IMG/VR virus record: IMGVR_UViG_3300025103_000005
From: an uncultured virus (IMG/VR IMGVR_UViG_3300025103_000005)
Lineage: Duplodnaviria; Heunggongvirae; Uroviricota; Caudoviricetes
DNA length: 64,000 nt
Direction: 5' to 3' (one strand)
In this document: one piece after another, positions 58,419-64,000 of the stretch
Layout of the letters: each line of letters begins with the position of its first letter
Position numbering within the stretch: the first letter of the stretch is position 1
Notes under the pieces: model-generated
Databases searched by the model: none
What the model was told of the DNA's origin: nothing
The model's input: the letters and a program-made list of their open reading frames with translations, nothing else
Made by a program: the position numbers and the translations under genes

Positions 58419-59143
58419 TCCTCTTCATCTCTTGACTCTTCGCAGTAAGTTCCCCATAACCAAGGCGGAACTCTTACTTCATTGATTGAAGAGCCTACAC
58501 CTACGCCTATTTTGCCCGCATCCAAATATGCTACCATCTCTTCTCGGCTCAAGGCAATATAGCACCTTTCTTTGGCCCTAAACCGCATGAAGTATCTATC
58601 TCCCATCAGTAAGTGGTAGTCGTCGGGGTCAATCACTATCTGCTCGCCTGTGTTTGGGTTGAGTGCTTTGTAGCCCCATATTTCGATGGACTTAGTCTCG
58701 CCATCATCGAGAAGAATCTCCCTATTTTCGATATATTCCGGCCACAGATTTTCCAGCCCCATATCCATAAGCAAAGTTCCATCCTTGTCGGCCCATCCTT
58801 TAGCGACCTCTCTCTTCATTGTGACCTCTTGGAGGTAAGCCTCTTCTGCCGTTTCCGGTAGCGGTAGTATAGCCACATCGTCATCCAATACGGTGACTCC
58901 CGCATCCCACATCAACGTCTTCATTCTATCGTGATTCTCTCTCACTTCATCGCTCTCTATCATGGATTGTAGTCGCCACTTGTTTTCTGTTTCCTTGATA
59001 TATGTCAGCCCACTTCCTTCGGGCATCCATAGACCGCCTACACTCATTTGTGCAAAGTGTTCCTTCGCCCATTCTATCAGTTCTTTCGTTGGTTTCCATT
59101 GTTCATTCATTTCATTCATCTCCTTGTAACCATCAATCCTCAA
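58415..59143 (-). CDS. Hypothetical protein
   Basis: 242-aa acidic ORF ending DEEE. Confidence 0.65.
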   Translation of the reverse strand: MRIDGYKEMNEMNEQWKPTKELIEWAKEHFAQMSVGGLWMPEGSGLTYIKETENKWRLQSMIESDEVRENHDRMKTLMWDAGVTVLDDDVAILPLPETAEEAYLQEVTMKREVAKGWADKDGTLLMDMGLENLWPEYIENREILLDDGETKSIEIWGYKALNPNTGEQIVIDPDDYHLLMGDRYFMRFRAKERCYIALSREEMVAYLDAGKIGVGVGSSINEVRVPPWLWGTYCEESRDEEE

Positions 59144-59454
59144 AACGACGGGTCTTGGTAATACCGCCTATGTCCTATCCCGATTCCTCCACCCGGAGAA
59201 CGTAGGGGCCAGCCTTTCTGCTTGAATCTCCCTGTCTTCCGCATTGAGTAGTATACGATATTCCCTTTTGGGTTAGGGTGATACTCGTAATCGAGGTTAG
59301 GCCATTTTCCACCTATGGTTTTCGCACTATCCTCTTGGACCGCTATTGTCTTAACAAGTCCATCTGCATTGAACTCCACTTCAATGATGGTAGCGGGGTA
59401 TCGGTCCGAGCCAACACACATGGTCGCGCCCATTCCTACTTCGGGGGTAATCAA
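59140..59454 (-). CDS. Phage-type hypothetical protein
   Basis: PEVGMGAT...SDRYPATII...RRYYQDPSF. Confidence 0.6.
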   Translation of the reverse strand: MITPEVGMGATMCVGSDRYPATIIEVEFNADGLVKTIAVQEDSAKTIGGKWPNLDYEYHPNPKGNIVYYSMRKTGRFKQKGWPLRSPGGGIGIGHRRYYQDPSF

Positions 59455-61154
59455 GCGACCACCTTTTGTTCTTCTTCCACTTTCTTAATGACGGGTCGCT
59501 TGTAATTGGTTGCACACTTTTTGGTAATATATTCGATATGCTCATCATACTCTTGAGGTGTGCCAAAGAGGATTGCTTGCATTATCTCGGTAGGATTAGG
59601 TGTGTTTTCGGGGTCTATATCCATCCCCATCTCAAGGCTATGGGCGGTCCTCATGACCGTGAAGGCTTTGTCTCCATCAACCTCTTCTATGCCTGCATTT
59701 CCATTCCATGTTCTGCCTTCTTTGTTTACAGCACCACACTTACCTGCCATCATAGAAAGGAAGTTCTTGAACTTGTAAGCCTCTTGCTTGCTCTTGAATC
59801 TATACGGGAGTCCTTTTGAGTTCCAAGAGTTTCCACCTATGTTTACGTAGTAAGTGTAAATCTTGTCTTCGATTGCAGGCGGTGTGGTGTAAACCGACTC
59901 GTTCCCCACACCACTCTTGTGTTGTGCCTCGACATATTTTTCGTTCGCCTTACCCGGAATCCACTTGAACTTAGCAATTTCAAACCCGTAGGATTGTTTA
60001 GAATCATACTTTGTCCATTTCCAGCCATTTACGAGGTCATGCTCTTTACGATTCTTCTTACTTGTCTGTGCTATCCAAGCCTTCAATTGAGCAAGCCACT
60101 CCCAATTCTTCCATCTATATGTGACTGTGGAGGGTAGTATTCTGCCCGAAGTTTCGCTACGTTCTCCATCTCTTGCTACGCAGTTTAAGTTCCTTGATTG
60201 CATACGCCTCAATGATTCCTTAATGTTCTTGATAACAAACTTAGGGTCGTTCTCCCATATACTGTTGGAGAGGCTTCTCGCTACCTTATCCCATAACACG
60301 ACTCTCTTAACCGCTATTTGATTTGTTTGCCACTTTCGGGCAATCATATCGTTGTTCCATCCTCGATACACTGAACCTACACCTGCTCCCCTATCCCATA
60401 ATTTCACAAACCTGTTATCGTTGATTACACCGTTCTCGATTTGCTTGATGAGAACCCATCCGGTATATGCTGGCTGGTCGTGGTGAGCGCACAATCTTGG
60501 TTTACCCGCTTTTTCGTGGCCTTCAGGGTATACCTCTCCCTTCCATTTGCACTCTCCAAGAGTATGATTGTAATCGAAAGGTACACTCTCACAACCCCAC
60601 TTAGTGCTTTTGAGTTTCTTCTCTATCTGTATTCGCAGTGGAGCGAACTTCGGACTCATCAAGATTCCGTGTGCTTGTTCAACACTGAAGTTTGGTGTTC
60701 CCCTACATACACGGAAATCCCACGACTTTTTCAGTGTCTCAAGCAATCCTATTCCGTTTTGTCTCTGGATGCGCCATTTGATGATTCCTCCATCAACGAA
60801 GGGTGTTCTCCACTTTACAAGGCGGGCATCAACCTCGTCATGCCCGCATGATTCAACTCTTGGGTCTGGCACAGTGCCATATCCAACCATCTGAGTCATC
60901 ATAGCCGCCGCCATTTTCGTGTATTGATTAACCAAATCTTCGGCTTTCAAACTCACGCCCGGCCCCTTAGATGCGAGGCTAAACGCCACTGCCGCATCCA
61001 TAGGCCAACACTTACCAATCGTATCTTTCGTCTTACCAATAGTGTGTGCTATCTCAATCTTATCGTCAGTAAACATCATATCGTCACCGACGATACCTGC
61101 TTTCTCATATTTTGCCCATGTGGACCAACCTTGTCTTTCTCCGCTCATATTCAT
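59451..61154 (-). CDS. Hypothetical protein (567 aa, Trp/Lys-rich)
   Basis: Long ORF coupled to its neighbours; no family recognised. Confidence 0.7.
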   Translation of the reverse strand: MNMSGERQGWSTWAKYEKAGIVGDDMMFTDDKIEIAHTIGKTKDTIGKCWPMDAAVAFSLASKGPGVSLKAEDLVNQYTKMAAAMMTQMVGYGTVPDPRVESCGHDEVDARLVKWRTPFVDGGIIKWRIQRQNGIGLLETLKKSWDFRVCRGTPNFSVEQAHGILMSPKFAPLRIQIEKKLKSTKWGCESVPFDYNHTLGECKWKGEVYPEGHEKAGKPRLCAHHDQPAYTGWVLIKQIENGVINDNRFVKLWDRGAGVGSVYRGWNNDMIARKWQTNQIAVKRVVLWDKVARSLSNSIWENDPKFVIKNIKESLRRMQSRNLNCVARDGERSETSGRILPSTVTYRWKNWEWLAQLKAWIAQTSKKNRKEHDLVNGWKWTKYDSKQSYGFEIAKFKWIPGKANEKYVEAQHKSGVGNESVYTTPPAIEDKIYTYYVNIGGNSWNSKGLPYRFKSKQEAYKFKNFLSMMAGKCGAVNKEGRTWNGNAGIEEVDGDKAFTVMRTAHSLEMGMDIDPENTPNPTEIMQAILFGTPQEYDEHIEYITKKCATNYKRPVIKKVEEEQKVVA

Positions 61155-61702
61155 ACCTCCTTCACTTCTAGTGCAACAATCGCATTCTTCTTGATAACCT
61201 GCACTTCGTCCTTATCTGAGGGGGTTAATGAGGTCTGCAAGACCACGATTTGTTGAATGTTTTGTGTGTCATCTCTTAGCATAGGTGATGGACCAGCCTC
61301 GTATATGCGGTTTATTCCACCATACCCGTAATTGTATGGAACTCCCTTGTTTTCCTTCATGCTGAATGCAATAATCTCAAAGTCCTTCTCTTTCTTGCGA
61401 TACCGTTTTAGCAACAATTTAATGTCGGCGTTGAATCTTATTATAGTCCATATACCTTTGAGGTAGGTGGTGTTCGTCTCACTATCCCAATACGTCTGCG
61501 ATTCGCCTCGACAAAAATCGACGTAGTATACGCTCGGCACGTGTATCTCTCCTGTTTCCTTATTACGGATTCCATAGAATCCCACCTGTCTCCCTCCTAA
61601 AGCAGAAATCCCCTTTCTCGCATTCCTCGCATTCCTACCTGTTTGGGGCGAGTGGAAGGCAGTTCCATCAATCATTTTCATTGTTTTCGTCATATTTCTC
61701 AT
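61151..61702 (-). CDS. Hypothetical protein
   Basis: True start probably 61702 or 61693, downstream of promoter copy 5 and its GGAG SD. Confidence 0.6.
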   Translation of the reverse strand: MRNMTKTMKMIDGTAFHSPQTGRNARNARKGISALGGRQVGFYGIRNKETGEIHVPSVYYVDFCRGESQTYWDSETNTTYLKGIWTIIRFNADIKLLLKRYRKKEKDFEIIAFSMKENKGVPYNYGYGGINRIYEAGPSPMLRDDTQNIQQIVVLQTSLTPSDKDEVQVIKKNAIVALEVKEV

Positions 61703-61710
61703 TCTCCTAT

Positions 61711-61733
61711 TACTATCTTCGTTTAAATACCAA
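61711..61733 (-). promoter_or_regulatory. Conserved viral promoter motif, copy 5
   Basis: Identical 23-mer; identity with copy 4 extends through ATAGGAGAATGAGAAA. Confidence 0.85.
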
Positions 61734-61737
61734 ACCT

Positions 61738-62352
61738 TCATTCTAATGGTTTAACGAAGTAAATCTCCGCTCCCACTTGGGGTGTTTGTTCGGTAATCTT
61801 CATCAGTGTCTCGACAGGCATATCTATGCACGAAGGGAGCATCATCACGTCCTCCATATCCCAAAATCCTGCTAATGCGCCATCCCACGCCGCTCTATGA
61901 AATGCAGGCGTAGTCAGTTTTGCGTGCTTCTCTTCTAAGGTAGGTTGTCCATTCTTGTCGGTGAAGAAGACCCACACGCCTTGATTGTATACCTTCATAA
62001 TGCCGGGGTCTGTTCGCATCTGTAATCCAAGTGCTGAGAAGAATGCCATAGGTAGGTCATGTATCTCCGCTAATTCTTCCCACAACATGAACATAGTCAA
62101 TGGGTCCGTAAGTGTCTCAATTGGTGGCATATGTGTTATCCAACCAAAGTGCTGAAGGCGACTATCATCACACATACGCTGGAAGCGTCTAAAGGACTTA
62201 CGTCTATCTGTAATCATTTTAGCAGTCTTCGGGGGTATGGGGAAGTCCTTACCTAACTCGTTGTTGAGTGTCTGCAAGGTGTCTGCAATCTTGGCTACTG
62301 TATCATTCTCAAACTTCATTCGTTCCCCTCCGCTTGAATTATGTTTTTCCAT
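61738..62352 (-). CDS. Hypothetical protein
   Basis: ORF ending just before promoter copy 5; probable start MKFEND. Confidence 0.6.
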   Translation of the reverse strand: MEKHNSSGGERMKFENDTVAKIADTLQTLNNELGKDFPIPPKTAKMITDRRKSFRRFQRMCDDSRLQHFGWITHMPPIETLTDPLTMFMLWEELAEIHDLPMAFFSALGLQMRTDPGIMKVYNQGVWVFFTDKNGQPTLEEKHAKLTTPAFHRAAWDGALAGFWDMEDVMMLPSCIDMPVETLMKITEQTPQVGAEIYFVKPLE

Positions 62353-62558
62353 GCGTTCATGATTTCTTTGCGGTGAGCGTGGTTAGTATCAATCACGGTG
62401 AATATGGTTCCATTCTTCATATGCACATCTATGTTGAAGTTCTCCCTATTAGGTAGGTGACAAACTATTGCACACACCTGCCTAAAATCAATCCATGATT
62501 CTCCACTTGAGGTATTTAAGCGATAGAGCATCCATGTCGGATAACCGGTATCGCTCAT
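62316..62558 (-). CDS. Hypothetical protein
   Basis: 80-aa ORF with ATGA overlaps. Confidence 0.55.
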   Translation of the reverse strand: MSDTGYPTWMLYRLNTSSGESWIDFRQVCAIVCHLPNRENFNIDVHMKNGTIFTVIDTNHAHRKEIMNAWKNIIQAEGNE

Positions 62559-63001
62559 TCCTCTTCCCCCTCTATAAATAGTCCAACATCTAGGTTAAGC
62601 GTTTCTTCCGGCACATACGGGTCAGTGTCTGTGTCTTGTATGAATCCAGCCTTCTTAGCGAAAGTCAGCACTCTCTTTACCCCCTCAGAAAGAGGGTGTA
62701 ATCCCAACATAGCACCTTGTGGGTGGTTGGCGGGCGTGCCGGGAATGAACATCTGCATCACTCCATTTGCATACCTGTATATGGTGAAAGGCGTGTATAG
62801 CAGTTCACCGGATGCCGCCGACTTGAGGACAGGAGGTTGCTCTCGCAACCACATACTGACCTCCATCGTAGTCCTCATTTTCTCCGCAATTCCATACTCT
62901 CTCCCCATTTGGGTATTCCCTGATACACCTTGTATGTGCATCAGTTCGTCGTCGTAATTGCACTTCACTTGCATTCTTTCTTCTTCCATCATTGTTTCCA
63001 T
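62555..63001 (-). CDS. Hypothetical protein
   Basis: 148-aa ORF ending GEEE. Confidence 0.6.
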   Translation of the reverse strand: METMMEEERMQVKCNYDDELMHIQGVSGNTQMGREYGIAEKMRTTMEVSMWLREQPPVLKSAASGELLYTPFTIYRYANGVMQMFIPGTPANHPQGAMLGLHPLSEGVKRVLTFAKKAGFIQDTDTDPYVPEETLNLDVGLFIEGEEE

Positions 63002-63003
63002 TT

Positions 63004-63999
63004 TCAGTCCTCCGATTCTATTTCTTCGTTTGTTGCTCGCTCATACATGTCGTGGCCCATGAGTCTTTCAAAGTCATCTTCCACTTCGCCTCTCTTGCGC
63101 TTCTCTCTATATGCGTCGAGTTTTGTATCGTTAGGGTGGTGCTTCTTTGGCCCTCTATTTGTGTAATCATGTGGGGTATGCTTATTCTTCTTCTTGAACT
63201 TCCTCTCGGTCTTTCTCATCTGTCCGTATATTTTACTCACTGAGACGAGTTCATCCTTTTCATCAAGAGTTATCCACCATGTAGGTTGCCAAACTGTATT
63301 GATTTTAATTTCAGTTCCGAGATGCTCGCCGTCGGCATCCTCCACATCTCTTACCTGCATGTGTCTATTCCGTGCGATTGCTTTGAGCGATATTTTATCA
63401 TCATACATTTCAATAGGATGCCACATCTGATTAGTGTGAGTGCATAGAGTGAGTTCATAACCTTCTAACAATTCTATATCTGCTTGCATGATTGCTGACG
63501 AGCCACAAGTTCGACAAGGTATGTTCATATCTTCTTCCGAGGTTCGTCTCCATTCATAGTCAAGGCAATCGTCGCACTTAGTGAGCGTCCAATTCTTCTT
63601 GATTGGGTCATCGTAGTGTTCCCGCTTGCGCCCCTTACCTTTCTGGGGCTTCGGTTTACCCCGTCGCTTTCTTTCGTTCTCACGAATCTGAGCGTCCATT
63701 TCATCGTCGGTCATAAGCGCAGAATCATCAAAATCCACTCCAGCCCATGTGTTTGTCTGCACCGAAGTCATCGCTTTGCCTTCAGTAAGGCCACAACAGT
63801 CTGCAACGTAGGTTTGTTGTTGCTTGGATTCGACTGCGTGTTTGCAGTATAATTCTCGGATAAACGCGATGAGTTCTGCCGCATCCTTCCACGTGTGGTC
63901 CTTTTCTGGTATCAATTTGTGCGCAAGAATAGCCAATTGAACTCCTGTCCTCCCATGTCCTCCCATGCACTGAGTGGAGATGGTGGTAATCTTCTTACT
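63004..63999 (-). CDS. Cys-based (CX5R) protein tyrosine/dual-specificity phosphatase with zinc-ribbon extension (5'-truncated)
   Basis: The frame is open to the window edge and reads STQCMGGHGRTG (CX5R P-loop), then IAFIRELY...AVES..Q. CDDC and CRTC follow. Confidence 0.85.
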   Translation of the reverse strand, partial: SKKITTISTQCMGGHGRTGVQLAILAHKLIPEKDHTWKDAAELIAFIRELYCKHAVESKQQQTYVADCCGLTEGKAMTSVQTNTWAGVDFDDSALMTDDEMDAQIRENERKRRGKPKPQKGKGRKREHYDDPIKKNWTLTKCDDCLDYEWRRTSEEDMNIPCRTCGSSAIMQADIELLEGYELTLCTHTNQMWHPIEMYDDKISLKAIARNRHMQVRDVEDADGEHLGTEIKINTVWQPTWWITLDEKDELVSVSKIYGQMRKTERKFKKKNKHTPHDYTNRGPKKHHPNDTKLDAYREKRKRGEVEDDFERLMGHDMYERATNEEIESED

Positions 64000-64000
64000 C

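Noticed and set aside
36628..61733. The 23-bp repeats as a CRISPR array, given the Cas4-like gene
   Set aside because: Copies are kilobases apart with whole genes between them, and no cas1, cas2 or effector genes are present. Stand-alone Cas4-like nucleases are common in archaeal viruses.
62511..62526. GGTATTTAAGCGATAG, a partial promoter motif in the opposite orientation
   Set aside because: It lies inside a coding region and needs a gap plus a mismatch to align; probably chance.
32121..63852. Plus-strand ORFs across the replication/early region (e.g. 32121..32924, 48587..49207)
   Set aside because: They lie antisense to well-supported, tightly coupled minus-strand genes.
1..64000. tRNA, rRNA, integrase or transposase genes
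   Set aside because: None recognised by eye, and there is almost no intergenic space. A tRNA or covariance-model scan would be needed to exclude small RNAs.

Overview
This window is part of a large, gene-dense genome of a tailed (Caudoviricetes-type) virus of archaea. The group II chaperonin plus the archaeal-style replication genes most resemble magroviruses of Marine Group II Euryarchaeota (Poseidoniales); this is inferred from gene content, not from a database search. Bases 1-31066 (+ strand) are a tail morphogenesis operon: a tail-assembly-chaperone pair joined by a -1 slippery site, a short tape-measure-like protein, a 5612-aa giant virion protein, baseplate-type proteins, three modular tail-fibre proteins and a fibre chaperone. 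Bases 31067-64000 (- strand) are a convergent replication/early region: thermosome, DEDD exonuclease, MCM-like ATPase, ERCC4/XPF nuclease, fused PriS-PriL primase, Cas4-like nuclease, PolB, PCNA-like clamp, a split P-loop ATPase, SSB-like protein, RFC clamp loader, a degenerate DNA-ligase-like protein, a TFB-like cyclin protein, a HipA/PI3K-like kinase, a PC4-like protein, a CX5R phosphatase and many small accessory genes. Most notable: (1) five identical 23-bp TATA-containing motifs upstream of minus-strand genes, together with a viral TFB-like factor; (2) an accessory region built from cassettes with near-identical ends and junctions; (3) a possible head-to-tail docking chain among the fibre proteins; (4) many unannotated zinc-finger microproteins; (5) split or catalytically altered replication enzymes. 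No rRNA, tRNA or CRISPR array was recognised. All protein calls come from motifs read by eye.
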